The notes under the pieces are model-generated. The model saw only the letters and a program-made list of their open reading frames with translations. It searched no databases and was not told the DNA's origin. 40,859 nt of DNA from a virus (lineage: Duplodnaviria; Heunggongvirae; Uroviricota; Caudoviricetes): the IMG/VR virus record IMGVR_UViG_2597489870_000008. The stretch is one strand, 5' to 3'. Below, in pieces: positions 27,343 through 36,240 of the stretch. Position 1 is the stretch's first letter. Each line of letters opens with the position of its first letter. Position numbers and translations under genes: made by a program.

Positions 27343-28338
27343 TTACGCCAGTACGCCTATTGCCAGCGCACGATCGATAAAACGAAATATCAGCTCCAAC
27401 TGGGAGCCATACTTCTCTTCAAATGCCACGGTATCCGCATGCAGCTCGTCGTGATGCTTTCTGCACAAAGGCAACACAAAGAGGTCATGCGCTTTTGTAC
27501 CCATTCCACCCTGACCGTGACCTATCAGGTGGTGGGGATCATCAGCAGGCTTTCCACAACATGCACACGGCTGCGTCTTAACCCAGCGCGTGTACTTTTC
27601 GTTAACCCAGCGGCGACGTTTAGGGCGTAACATAAAAGACTCCGGCGACTCCGGATCCACTTTCAGCGCCAGCACCTTTTTCGCTTTATCCTGGATAATG
27701 CTGGTGGCAGGAACCGAAGGAACAAGGTCACTCTCCCGGGTGACAGACGGCACAACAGGCTTTGGTAATCTCAGTGCCTTACGGGCTGCACTTTCCGGTA
27801 AGGCATCCGCCAGGTCATTACGAATCAGCCACCAGCACAGTTCCGGCATTGTCACAACGTGACTATCATCAAAACCGAGATCCCGACGCACAACAGACAA
27901 CACCCAGCGGGCACAGTTATCCGTTGCCATTGATTCCAGCCGCTCCGTGAACTGATCGCGCAGCTGGTTATCACAGTGCCAGCACAGACGGATTGCGCCC
28001 GGAGCGTGTCGCATTGTGGTCATGTTCTCGCTGTGCCAGTCGGAATGAGGCCACTGGCAGCCTTTTTCACGAAGTAACCAGCTTTCAAGACATTCCACGC
28101 CACCAGCACGACGGATCACTGCCTCATTGCGGAACACGGCCCGAACAGCAGGATCATCCGCCAGCGGTTGTGATGCCGCGGGAACGGCACCACTGGCAAA
28201 AGATGAATAACGTTCTGGCTCAGGCTCCAGCAGGACACGCCCCTGCATAAACAGGGGCATCAGCTCTGAACCGGGTCTGAACAATACGATCCCCATACGC
28301 GGGGCAATTTCAGGGGTCAGTAATGCTCTCACGGTCAC
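27343..28338 (-). CDS. DUF968-like phage protein with a C-terminal HNH-like motif
   Basis: 331-aa ORF; C-terminus CACCGKPADDPHHLIGHGQGGMGTKAHD…CRKHHDELH; nin-region position upstream of Q. Confidence 0.5.
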   Translation of the reverse strand: MTVRALLTPEIAPRMGIVLFRPGSELMPLFMQGRVLLEPEPERYSSFASGAVPAASQPLADDPAVRAVFRNEAVIRRAGGVECLESWLLREKGCQWPHSDWHSENMTTMRHAPGAIRLCWHCDNQLRDQFTERLESMATDNCARWVLSVVRRDLGFDDSHVVTMPELCWWLIRNDLADALPESAARKALRLPKPVVPSVTRESDLVPSVPATSIIQDKAKKVLALKVDPESPESFMLRPKRRRWVNEKYTRWVKTQPCACCGKPADDPHHLIGHGQGGMGTKAHDLFVLPLCRKHHDELHADTVAFEEKYGSQLELIFRFIDRALAIGVLA

Positions 28339-28339
28339 C

Positions 28340-29149
28340 TCAATGAACGGTATCGAGCAGCTTTAACAGCTCAGGGAATCGGGATTCGAAGAAATGCGGC
28401 TGCGTCTCGCGCGGATTTGCGGGACTGGTGATGTTCTTGCCGAACATGCAGCCTTTCGCTGTCAGCGACCAGAATTTTTTGATGTTGTTAATCGCGGTAC
28501 GGCTGTATCGTTCGCGCTGCTCGACGATCCCCAGCTTCACCATCTGGTGATATGCCTGATTAGCCGTCAGGCGGATACCATACTGCTTCAGCAGTGCACT
28601 CAGTGACAGCGTAGGGCGACTTGAGCCATCGGGTGCATCGGCAGGAGCATCAATTGCATAGCGCGGAGCCAGATTCGGTAAGCCAACAGCCTCCTGGAGT
28701 TTCTGACAAGCCCCAAGCACAGATGAGTTAGACAGGTTTAATTCCCGACGCATAAAGTCCAGCAGAATCACACCAGCCTGCATCTTGTCAGCAGCCTGCC
28801 CGGATAATTTTTCCGGTGCGCTGGTTACCATGTCGAAAGTACGGATCACCTTCAGATGGAATGACGGGCTGATCCACATTGCATAGGCATACACCAGTTC
28901 CTTGCAGACATAAGTTCCCCGTTCATTTCCCCCATGAATCACACTCACCGGGTCAACACCCAAATTCTGGGTGTTGGTCAATTCATGAACAAGTTCAACA
29001 GTTTGTTGGCTGGAAAGAAACTTTCCTGGCTCCTTGGTTCTGGCATTTGCACCAGATGCTACTGCTGCGCGATGCAGATCGTTCAGGCTGTAACGCCCAT
29101 AAGCATCACGACGAACTTCAATACCATCAATGACCATCAGATTATTCAT
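28340..29149 (-). CDS. KilA-N domain protein (antirepressor-like)
   Basis: Start at MNNLMVIDGIEVRRDAYGRYSLNDLHRAA, a typical KilA-N N-terminus; AGGAG RBS upstream. Confidence 0.6.
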   Translation of the reverse strand: MNNLMVIDGIEVRRDAYGRYSLNDLHRAAVASGANARTKEPGKFLSSQQTVELVHELTNTQNLGVDPVSVIHGGNERGTYVCKELVYAYAMWISPSFHLKVIRTFDMVTSAPEKLSGQAADKMQAGVILLDFMRRELNLSNSSVLGACQKLQEAVGLPNLAPRYAIDAPADAPDGSSRPTLSLSALLKQYGIRLTANQAYHQMVKLGIVEQRERYSRTAINNIKKFWSLTAKGCMFGKNITSPANPRETQPHFFESRFPELLKLLDTVH

Positions 29150-29168
29150 ACTTCGTTTCTCCTCTTGA

Positions 29169-29558
29169 TCAGGCGGCTGCACCCGCCGTTTTCTCGTACT
29201 TACTGATAGTGATCTCGACCTTCCCTTCCGGGATAACCGGTCCCCACTCCACCAGCATTCTTTTCACCTGGCTGTCGTCTTCCCACACACCCGCGTGGGT
29301 CAGGGCGTCAAACAGCGCCTTGTTATAGTTGTCCAGATCGCGGATCCGGTTATCCGGAGGAAACAACACGATCTCCACTGAAGCAGGTGCCGACGTTGGT
29401 TTTGGCAGACGACGTAACTGCTCAACTATTGCTGCACACGCCGCGCTCTGGAATTTGCGCCCCGCCGCGCTTATCAGGCTCTTACCTGCAAACGCCCCTT
29501 TGTTGGGGTGTCGCCAGTACGTGTTCACGCTGGGCGGAAAAGGCAGTATTAGCTTCAT
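29169..29558 (-). CDS. rusA: Holliday junction resolvase RusA
   Basis: 129-aa ORF starting MKLILPFPPSVNTYW… with the acidic catalytic region DLDNYNKALFDAL. Confidence 0.85.
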   Translation of the reverse strand: MKLILPFPPSVNTYWRHPNKGAFAGKSLISAAGRKFQSAACAAIVEQLRRLPKPTSAPASVEIVLFPPDNRIRDLDNYNKALFDALTHAGVWEDDSQVKRMLVEWGPVIPEGKVEITISKYEKTAGAAA

Positions 29559-29881
29559 ACTTTCAGCTCCCTCTCATGTAACCAGTGGGCTGCACGCAGC
29601 CTGGCGTTTTCCTCACCGGCAAGCAGTGAGCGGATAATCCCGACCGCCTCGCTGTCGTCGTCCTTCACCGCGGTATGAAGCGTGATGCCCCGGGCCACGC
29701 CACGCTTTATCGTGATGACGCCTTTTTTCTCCAGTGCGCGAAGATGCTCCACCGCTGCATTCACTGAACGGTATCCCAGCATGGTTGCCACCTCCTGATT
29801 GGTTGGCGGGAAACCACGTTCTTTCTGATAAGAAATCAGCATATCCAGCACCTGCTGCTGGCATTGAGTTAACGTCGTCAT
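29555..29881 (-). CDS. LexA N-terminal DNA-binding-domain protein (no peptidase domain)
   Basis: 108-aa ORF; MTTLTQCQQQVLDMLISYQKERGFPPTNQEVATMLGYRSVNAAVEHLRALEKKGVITI aligns by eye with the LexA N-terminal domain ([58 protein letters not shown]). Confidence 0.65.
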   Translation of the reverse strand: MTTLTQCQQQVLDMLISYQKERGFPPTNQEVATMLGYRSVNAAVEHLRALEKKGVITIKRGVARGITLHTAVKDDDSEAVGIIRSLLAGEENARLRAAHWLHERELKV

Positions 29882-30531
29882 GCCGCCATCTCCCTGACCA
29901 GTTTTTCCGCCTGCTGGCGAACCTGCGCCAGAAACGCCTCACCACATGCCTCAAGTTCATCGCGCCCGATGTAGCTGATTGCCGGTCCCTTCCAGGTCTT
30001 GTCAAAAACAGCAATAGCACCAGCGAAAAAAGCTCCTGTCGGTACCTGCTTCTCGTCTTTCGGGATAAACCAGACAGGCAGTTCAAAACCAATACGCCCG
30101 CGAATAAAAGCAATATGATCTGCATCTTCCGGCCACCACACTTCGCTGGTGGCAGCTTTGATCAGGAAAACATAGCGCCCGCCCTTATCACGCATGGCAC
30201 TGGCATGTTTCATGATGTAACGCATGCCGGTGATGTATTGCCCCTCATGCTGACTGGCGCGGCTGTATGGGGGATTACCAAAGGCAGCACCTTTAAGCTC
30301 CGCAAGACGTTCTGACCAGTCATGCGCCAGCGCGTTGTCTTCCGCCGTGTAATACGCGGCACATTTGGCGTTATCACCGTCAGTGAACAGATCCAGAACA
30401 AACGGGCCAAACAGGGTGTTAATTCCCCAGAAAATGTTGTCCGGCGTGCGCCACTGATCGCCCACTTCCTTCAGTTCATGGGCTGGTTTGTTCCGCAGTT
30501 CCACCAGCGCCTGGCAATATTTATTACTCAT
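29878..30531 (-). CDS. Phage N6-adenine DNA methyltransferase (Dam-like)
   Basis: ORF with the NPPY motif (AFGNPPYSRA) characteristic of amino-methyltransferases; start at the Met at 30531 overlapping the upstream stop. Confidence 0.75.
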   Translation of the reverse strand: MSNKYCQALVELRNKPAHELKEVGDQWRTPDNIFWGINTLFGPFVLDLFTDGDNAKCAAYYTAEDNALAHDWSERLAELKGAAFGNPPYSRASQHEGQYITGMRYIMKHASAMRDKGGRYVFLIKAATSEVWWPEDADHIAFIRGRIGFELPVWFIPKDEKQVPTGAFFAGAIAVFDKTWKGPAISYIGRDELEACGEAFLAQVRQQAEKLVREMAA

Positions 30532-31025
30532 TAAGCCCCCACGTAATTCCCTGACAGATACCACTCTTCACCCGATGCAGCGCGCTTGCTGCTTTTCCGT
30601 AAGCACCGCTCACGACGCGCCAGAAAATTGTTTCGTTCTGGCTGGGAGTGGCTTTCACGGAATGCCGCCATCCACACGGTTGCAGCACGACGGTATAAGC
30701 CCCTGGACTCCAGTTCTTCCGCCTGGCGGGTCAGGCACAAAATCACACGGGGATCGTTAGTGCCGACATAGAAATTGCGCACAGATCTGGTTTCACGAAC
30801 TGGTTGTGGTTCCGGTTCCTGCGCTCTCTCAGTCAGGCGCGGGAAATGTCTGCGTGTATCTCCTTCACAACGGTGAGCCACACGCCCACTCTGACGTAAC
30901 TTGCTTGCTGACTGCAGAACGCGCTGCCGTGAGTAACCGGCAAAAGCATCCGCAATATCTCCGGAAGTACAGCCCGGATGGGCTTCAATGAATTTCTGAA
31001 CGTCATTCAAAAGACTCATGCTCAC
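30531..31025 (-). CDS. Regulatory protein with a PerC/Pch-like C-terminal region
   Basis: 164-aa ORF; C-terminal AEELESRGLYRRAATVWMAAF…RRERCLRKS matches the PerC-family signature as I recall it. Confidence 0.45.
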   Translation of the reverse strand: MSMSLLNDVQKFIEAHPGCTSGDIADAFAGYSRQRVLQSASKLRQSGRVAHRCEGDTRRHFPRLTERAQEPEPQPVRETRSVRNFYVGTNDPRVILCLTRQAEELESRGLYRRAATVWMAAFRESHSQPERNNFLARRERCLRKSSKRAASGEEWYLSGNYVGA

Positions 31026-31963
31026 CCCCTGAATCCTGCCGGGATCTGGCTGTAGTCCACGTTGTCGTAACTGGCTTTGAAGTACGGGTCTTCGCGTTTT
31101 TCGGTGTACGTGCTGACGGACGGCGATAAGCGCAGGGAAAGCTCATCCCATTTTTCCCGCAGCTTCGACGGGCTGAGCACGTTACGGCACCAGAACGGAT
31201 CGCGACTGACGCGGCTGTACATCTCGCAGATTTGTTTATGAGTACGACCATCCTGCACACACATCAGGCGAATTTCGTTTGCCCAGGCTGTCCAGTTCGG
31301 TTCTTTGGGACGAACCACCTCGCCGTCACATTCGGCGGCCTGCTCGTACAGGGCGATGATTTTTTTCCAGAGCCACTGTGCGCAGGTCAAATTATCCTGC
31401 GTTCCCCACTGGCGCTTTTTAGGGCTGAATACAACCGCATCAGGATGGCGAGTTAAAAACTCCTGTTCAGCCGTCTGCGTGTCCGGTTGCGAAGCGTCCG
31501 GACGAGAAGTTTTTTTATCTGACGGATCATGTTTTGATTTTACTGACGGATCCCCGCCAGATTCTGACGGGTGAAAACCCGCTTTTTTGCCAGATTTCGA
31601 CGCATCAAATTTTGACGGGTCAGATTTTGATGCGTCAGATTTTGACGGGTCAGAATCTGACAGTTGAGAAAATGCCGCTGCCTGAAGCTTCGCAACGTTA
31701 AGCTGATAAACATTCGACGCATTGCGGTTACCCTGGCGACGCGCCTTACGCGTTAACCAGCCTTCTGCTTCCAGCCGTGCGATAGCCGTTCTGACGGTAC
31801 TCATTCCCGCGCTAATCTGGCGGGCAATGGTTTCAATTGATGGCCAACACACACCTTCGTCATTACTGAAATCAGCCAGGCGGGCCATAATTGCCACGCT
31901 GGATAACTTCATGCCTGACGCAGCGCAACCATCCCATACATAGCCGGTTAATTTAGTGCTCAT
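31022..31963 (-). CDS. Replication initiation protein (O-like replisome organiser) with an internal iteron-encoded repeat
   Basis: 313-aa ORF with an N-terminal winged-helix region (…ETIARQISAGMSTVRTAIARLEAEGWL…) and a central SDSDPSKSDASKSDPSKFDASKSG repeat encoded by DNA iterons; GAGG RBS. Confidence 0.75.
   Translation of the reverse strand: MSTKLTGYVWDGCAASGMKLSSVAIMARLADFSNDEGVCWPSIETIARQISAGMSTVRTAIARLEAEGWLTRKARRQGNRNASNVYQLNVAKLQAAAFSQLSDSDPSKSDASKSDPSKFDASKSGKKAGFHPSESGGDPSVKSKHDPSDKKTSRPDASQPDTQTAEQEFLTRHPDAVVFSPKKRQWGTQDNLTCAQWLWKKIIALYEQAAECDGEVVRPKEPNWTAWANEIRLMCVQDGRTHKQICEMYSRVSRDPFWCRNVLSPSKLREKWDELSLRLSPSVSTYTEKREDPYFKASYDNVDYSQIPAGFRG
31516..31663. repeat. Iteron array (about 8 copies of a roughly 15-bp CAGATTTTGACGGGT-like motif); candidate replication origin within the initiator gene
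   Basis: Tandem degenerate direct repeats visible in the DNA (…cagattctgacgggtg…caaattttgacgggtcagattttgatgcgtcagattttgacgggtcagaatctgacag). Confidence 0.55.
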
Positions 31964-31972
31964 GACCGACCT

Positions 31973-32311
31973 CTATTTCCCTGAATTTACGACGAAACTG
32001 TTCGAGCGGGCTGAAGCACTCATGCTCATAGCCTTCGCGGAGGTAGATAACCCGTTGTGTTTCCGGTTCCCAACGAATGACTCTGACGGGCACTCCGTAG
32101 TGATCTTTGAACCAGCGGTTAACTTGTTGCAAAGGACTGTCTCCTTCTGCCGGTTGAAATCACCCACAGCCCACTCTGCAAATCTGTGGGTTACAATTTC
32201 CCTGTCACCTGGTACATTCACTGCATAGCAATACTCCACCTTCGCTTTTCCACCCGGTACAGGAAGCGCAATCAGTTGCGAGCGACGGTAGTGTGTTGTT
32301 AAACTGTTCAT
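31973..32311 (-). CDS. Hypothetical early protein (CII position, function unknown)
   Basis: 112-aa ORF whose ATG overlaps the stop of the upstream gene; ends 10 nt before the initiator gene. Confidence 0.5.
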   Translation of the reverse strand: MNSLTTHYRRSQLIALPVPGGKAKVEYCYAVNVPGDREIVTHRFAEWAVGDFNRQKETVLCNKLTAGSKITTECPSESFVGNRKHNGLSTSAKAMSMSASARSNSFVVNSGK

Positions 32312-32892
32312 GCGTTAGTTTCTCCACAACCAGAAGCAATCGACGCCACGACGCCCGGAGCTGCACACTCGCGGGCGTTACTCTTTTCCGGCGCACAAAA
32401 AACACGAAATAACAGTGTTAAATGCTCCTGCCACTTCGCCATTACTTGGTAGCTGTTCTCTTCGATTTGCTCACGCTCAGCCTGGTCAATAACTCCATCA
32501 GCAGTTGCCTTGCGTAAGTACTGGGAATGCTTGCCAATCCATTCTATTGACTCCATCAGCCGCTGATTAATGTCACCATTGTCAATGTCATCAATGACCA
32601 CCAGCGGCACAAACACCCCATTACTACGACGGGCTATTGCATCTGTTACATGCCTGGTACCACTGGCATCCTGTAAAACCATGGCCCACTCAAGTGGAAA
32701 AATTTGATCCCCACCGCTACGCAGTCTGTTATGCAATTGATCTTTTGCTGGGGTGATATCATCAGATTTATACAAACCAAGAATTTTTGCTGCTTCCTCA
32801 TAGCCATGAGGTAAATCAGCAATCGTTCTTCGTATTGCTGCCACCAGCCATGCTGGTTGTTTATCAACTTTCCATTCAGGTTCTTTACCCAC
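32308..32892 (-). CDS. Hypothetical early protein (194 aa; probable GTG start)
   Basis: ORF following the cro-like gene with GAGGA 8 nt upstream of the GTG at 32892; possibly YdaT-like, unverified. Confidence 0.5.
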   Translation of the reverse strand: MGKEPEWKVDKQPAWLVAAIRRTIADLPHGYEEAAKILGLYKSDDITPAKDQLHNRLRSGGDQIFPLEWAMVLQDASGTRHVTDAIARRSNGVFVPLVVIDDIDNGDINQRLMESIEWIGKHSQYLRKATADGVIDQAEREQIEENSYQVMAKWQEHLTLLFRVFCAPEKSNARECAAPGVVASIASGCGETNA

Positions 32893-32919
32893 GGTTAATT
32901 CCTCATTTCTGTGGTGTTT

Positions 32920-33117
32920 TTATGCCGCAGCACTGTTAGTCTTTTGATATAAAGACACGTCAACTTTCAGTTTCCCGTTAGTAATTTTTTCTAACTGGTA
33001 CGCTCGGCCTTCAGGAATAATCTCAGGCCACTCTGAAACAGACGGATGCTTAATACCTAGGGCTTCGGCGGTTTTACAAACTCCGCCGAAATAATTAATC
33101 ACGTCGGATTTCCGCAT
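32920..33117 (-). CDS. Cro-like repressor (YdaS/Cro family HTH)
   Basis: 65-aa ORF (MRKSDVINYFGGVCKTAEALGIKHPSVSEW…) divergent from the cI-like gene; GGGAGA RBS. Confidence 0.7.
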   Translation of the reverse strand: MRKSDVINYFGGVCKTAEALGIKHPSVSEWPEIIPEGRAYQLEKITNGKLKVDVSLYQKTNSAAA

Positions 33118-33148
33118 TTCTGTCTCCCGTTAAATTACGTTAAGCAGA

Positions 33149-33178
33149 AATGTAGGATATCCAACATGTCAATGTCAA
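33149..33178 (-). promoter_or_regulatory. PR-like promoter (TTGACA-N18-TACATT on the minus strand) overlapping an 18-bp operator ATGTAGGATATCCAACAT
   Basis: The -35 and -10 hexamers lie on the minus strand with the palindromic operator at 33150-33167 across the -10; the same module recurs inverted downstream of cI. Confidence 0.5.
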
Positions 33179-33212
33179 GAATCCTACATTGGCATGTGGT
33201 AGGATTGCCTAC

Positions 33213-33866
33213 ATGATGAACATGAGTGATCGTATTCGCCAAAGGCGAAAAGAACTGAACCTGACACAACAAGCACTGGCTGATTTGACTGGTGTGAACC
33301 GTGTCACGGTTACTGGATGGGAAAAGGACGACTACCAACCAAATGGAGCCAACCTTCAAGCCCTAGCCAACGCACTTAAATGCGATCCTCTGTGGCTTGT
33401 TAGCGGAAAAGGCTCGCCTGAACCAAAGATAAATCTAAAACCTGAAATATTCGCAGTTAAAAAAGTCCCCCTCATCTCGTGGGTTCAGGCGGGTTCATGG
33501 ACAATGACGGAGCCTGGTGTCAGGAAAGAAGATGCTGAAGAGTGGGTTTATACTACCGCCCTTGTATCAGAAATGGCATTTGCACTACGGGTCCGTGGTG
33601 ATTCAATGACCAATCCCCTCGGCTCACCATCGATACCAGAAGGTTCTATCGTTATCGTAGAGCCAGATATTATTGATACAGAGTGTATTAACGGAAAAAT
33701 CGTTGTTGCCCATATCAATGGTGGGCAAGAAGCGACACTCAAAAAATTTGTTGAGGACTGGCCGAACAGGTATCTCGTCCCACTAAATCCTAACTATAAA
33801 ACTATTGAATGCGGTGAGAACTGCAGAATAGTTGGTCTTGTCAAACAAGTAATAATGGATTTTTGA
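33213..33866 (+). CDS. CI-like prophage repressor (HTH plus LexA-like S24 peptidase domain)
   Basis: ORF with an N-terminal HTH (…LNLTQQALADLTGVNRVTVTGWEKDD…) and C-terminal S24 autocleavage region (…LRVRGDSMTNPLGSPSIPEGSIVIVEP…); no SD, so possibly leaderless. Confidence 0.85.
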   Translation: MMNMSDRIRQRRKELNLTQQALADLTGVNRVTVTGWEKDDYQPNGANLQALANALKCDPLWLVSGKGSPEPKINLKPEIFAVKKVPLISWVQAGSWTMTEPGVRKEDAEEWVYTTALVSEMAFALRVRGDSMTNPLGSPSIPEGSIVIVEPDIIDTECINGKIVVAHINGGQEATLKKFVEDWPNRYLVPLNPNYKTIECGENCRIVGLVKQVIMDF

Positions 33867-33886
33867 CACATCTTCCTCACTATCGC

Positions 33887-33912
33887 AAAACCGGGGTATC
33901 CCCGGTTTTTTT
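33887..33912 (+). terminator. Intrinsic terminator downstream of cI (CCGGGG-tat-CCCCGG plus T7)
   Basis: Perfect 6-bp GC stem followed by seven T, 25 nt after the cI stop. Confidence 0.6.
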
Positions 33913-33928
33913 ATGAGCCTATCTTTTT

Positions 33929-33982
33929 ATGTAGGATAACCAACATAAACTCTTGACACTCACATGTTGGATATCCTACATT
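33929..33982 (+). promoter_or_regulatory. PL-like rightward promoter (TTGACA 33953-33958, TACATT 33977-33982) flanked by two operator copies
   Basis: Operators ATGTAGGATAACCAACAT (33929-33946) and ATGTTGGATATCCTACAT (33964-33981) bracket a consensus -35 and overlap the -10. Confidence 0.5.
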
Positions 33983-34140
33983 TGTTTTTAGAGTTGTGGT
34001 GAAGGCGCAGGCTGATGCGCGAAAGACATTGCAGCTATTGCGGAAAAGAGCTGTTCGGCGGGGCAATTAAACGCCCGTGAGAGTCTGAAATAACCGCAAG
34101 CCGGAGATCAGCACCGGTCACCACAACAGCCACTGCTTTG

Positions 34141-34187
34141 GCGGTACCAGTTTGTACACTTGCTTCCGGCTGGTACCGCTCTTTTTA
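34141..34187 (+). terminator. Leader terminator or attenuator in the early-right operon (10-bp stem plus UCUUUUU)
   Basis: GCGGTACCAG…CTGGTACCGC perfect 10-bp stem with a 19-nt loop followed by TCTTTTTAC, about 170 nt downstream of the PL-like promoter and before the first gene. Confidence 0.45.
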
Positions 34188-34323
34188 CAAAACAGAGAAG
34201 AGCATCACCGGACGACGGGCTCATAACCCAATCCATCCGGGCGGCTGCCACCGCAGGTGTTCTTCTCTGTTTTGTGGAGAAACCAACCGACCTTGCAGGG
34301 TCGATATGATGAGGAGCAGCAAA

Positions 34324-34686
34324 ATGGCTAGCGAACGCAGTACTGATGTGCAGGCATTTATCGGGGAGCTGGACGGCGGCGTATTTGAAACCAAAATCGG
34401 CGCAGTTCTCAGTGAAGTCGCTTCAGGTGTGATGAACACGAAAACCAAAGGTAAGGTCTCACTCAACCTGGAAATCGAACCATTTGATGAGATCCGTGTA
34501 AAAATCAAACACAAACTCTCATATGTTCGCCCGACTAACCGCGGGAAAATTTCCGAAGAAGACACCACCGAAACGCCGATGTATGTCAATCGCGGTGGTC
34601 GCCTGACTATTCTGCAGGAAGACCAGGGACAATTACTGACTCTTGCCGGTGAACCTGACGGAAAACTCCGCGCAGCAGGTCATTAA
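34324..34686 (+). CDS. Hypothetical early protein (120 aa; possibly YfdP-like)
   Basis: GAGGAG 7 nt upstream of the ATG at 34324; first gene of the rightward early operon; no family recognised with confidence. Confidence 0.55.
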   Translation: MASERSTDVQAFIGELDGGVFETKIGAVLSEVASGVMNTKTKGKVSLNLEIEPFDEIRVKIKHKLSYVRPTNRGKISEEDTTETPMYVNRGGRLTILQEDQGQLLTLAGEPDGKLRAAGH

Positions 34687-34751
34687 TATCGTTCTTAATT
34701 AACCGATTATTTATCTCATCACTGAATATCTTTATATAGTGAGGACTTATT

Positions 34752-35576
34752 ATGTCTCAGAACTTAGACGCAACCGCAATTAATCAAATCCATGCCCTTA
34801 TTTCTGCTCAGGGTGTTAATGAAATTATCAGTAAGATTGGTGCCGACGCAGTGGCATTACCTGAAAATTTCCGCATTCATGATCTGGAAAAATTTAATTT
34901 AAATCGCTTCCGTTTCCGTGGTGCGCTTTCCACTGCCAGCATCGATGACTTTACCCGTTATTCTAAAGATCTTGCAGATGAAGGCACCCGCTGCTTTATC
35001 GATGCCGATAATATGCGAGCCGTCAGTGTGCTTAACCTGGGTACTATTGATGAACCAGGTCACGCAGATAACACCGCCACTCTCAAACTGAAAAAGACAG
35101 CACCGTTCTCTGCTCTGTTGTCTGTTAATGGCGAGCGTAACTCCCAGAAGTCACTGGCAGAATGGATTGAAGACTGGGCCGACTACCTTGTGGGCTTTGA
35201 TGCGAATGGTGACGCCATTCAGGCAACAAAAGCGGCTGCGGCAGTCCGTAAAATCACGATTGAAGCAAACCAGACCGCTGATTTTGAAGATAATGACTTC
35301 AGCGGCAAACGCTCCCTGATGGAGTCTGTCGAAGCGAAGACCAAAGACATTATGCCAGTGGCATTTGAATTTAAATGCGTTCCGTTTGAAGGCCTTAAAG
35401 AACGTCCGTTTAAATTACGCCTCAGCATTATCACTGGCGATCGTCCTGTACTGGTTCTGCGCATTATTCAGCTGGAAGCGGTGCAGGAAGAAATGGCTAA
35501 CGAATTTCGTGATCTGCTTGTTGAGAAATTTAAAGACAGCAAAGTAGAAACCTTTATTGGTACTTTCACCGCCTGA
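34752..35576 (+). CDS. YfdQ-like (DUF2303-type) phage protein
   Basis: 274-aa ORF with a GAGGA RBS; size and position match CPS-53 YfdQ as I recall it. Confidence 0.55.
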   Translation: MSQNLDATAINQIHALISAQGVNEIISKIGADAVALPENFRIHDLEKFNLNRFRFRGALSTASIDDFTRYSKDLADEGTRCFIDADNMRAVSVLNLGTIDEPGHADNTATLKLKKTAPFSALLSVNGERNSQKSLAEWIEDWADYLVGFDANGDAIQATKAAAAVRKITIEANQTADFEDNDFSGKRSLMESVEAKTKDIMPVAFEFKCVPFEGLKERPFKLRLSIITGDRPVLVLRIIQLEAVQEEMANEFRDLLVEKFKDSKVETFIGTFTA

Positions 35577-35703
35577 TTTCATTACTGCAAATGCCCCTGC
35601 GGGGGCATTTATGGAAACATAATTTACTCAATAATCGCCGGATAGTGAGGGCTTCCTTTTACCAGAATTCAGCGCGGTGCAGCGCATATACGTGGAGAAC
35701 AAA

Positions 35704-36240
35704 ATGTCATTTATTAAAACTTTTTCCGGGAAGCATTTTTATTATGACAGGATAAATAAAGACGACATCGTTATTAACGATATCGCGGTTTCCCTTTCAA
35801 ATATCTGTCGCTTTGCAGGACATCTTTCACACTTCTACAGCGTCGCCCAACATGCGGTGCTTTGCAGCCAGCTGGTACCGCAGGAATTTGCTTTTGAAGC
35901 GTTAATGCATGATGCAACAGAAGCATATTGCCAGGACATCCCCGCACCACTGAAACGCCTTCTTCCTGACTATAAACGGATGGAAGAAAAAATAGACGCC
36001 GTAATCCGTGAGAAATACGGGTTACCTCCTGTTATGAGCACGCCAGTGAAATATGCCGATCTCATTATGCTGGCAACCGAACGCCGCGATCTCGGGCTTG
36101 ATGATGGCTCTTTCTGGCCTGTACTGGAAGGTATCCCGGCGACAGAGATGTTCAAAGTTATTCCACTGTCACCAGGCCATGCCTACGGGATGTTTATGGA
36201 ACGTTTTAACGAGTTATCGGAGTTACGCAAATGCGCATGA
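35704..36240 (+). CDS. HD-domain phosphohydrolase (YfdR-like)
   Basis: HD motif region (…HLSHFYSVAQHAVLCSQL…ALMHDATEAYCQDIPAPLK…); start taken at MSFIKTF giving 178 aa. Confidence 0.7.
   Translation: MSFIKTFSGKHFYYDRINKDDIVINDIAVSLSNICRFAGHLSHFYSVAQHAVLCSQLVPQEFAFEALMHDATEAYCQDIPAPLKRLLPDYKRMEEKIDAVIREKYGLPPVMSTPVKYADLIMLATERRDLGLDDGSFWPVLEGIPATEMFKVIPLSPGHAYGMFMERFNELSELRKCA

Noticed and set aside
31540-31722. 60-aa minus-strand ORF (MRRMFISLTLRSFRQRHFLNCQILTRQNL…) within the iteron region
   Set aside because: Its repetitive translation is an artefact of reading the iteron array in another frame of the initiator gene.
34221-34589. 122-aa minus-strand ORF in the early-right leader and first gene
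   Set aside because: It is antisense to the RBS-supported 34324..34686 gene and runs opposite to the operon direction.
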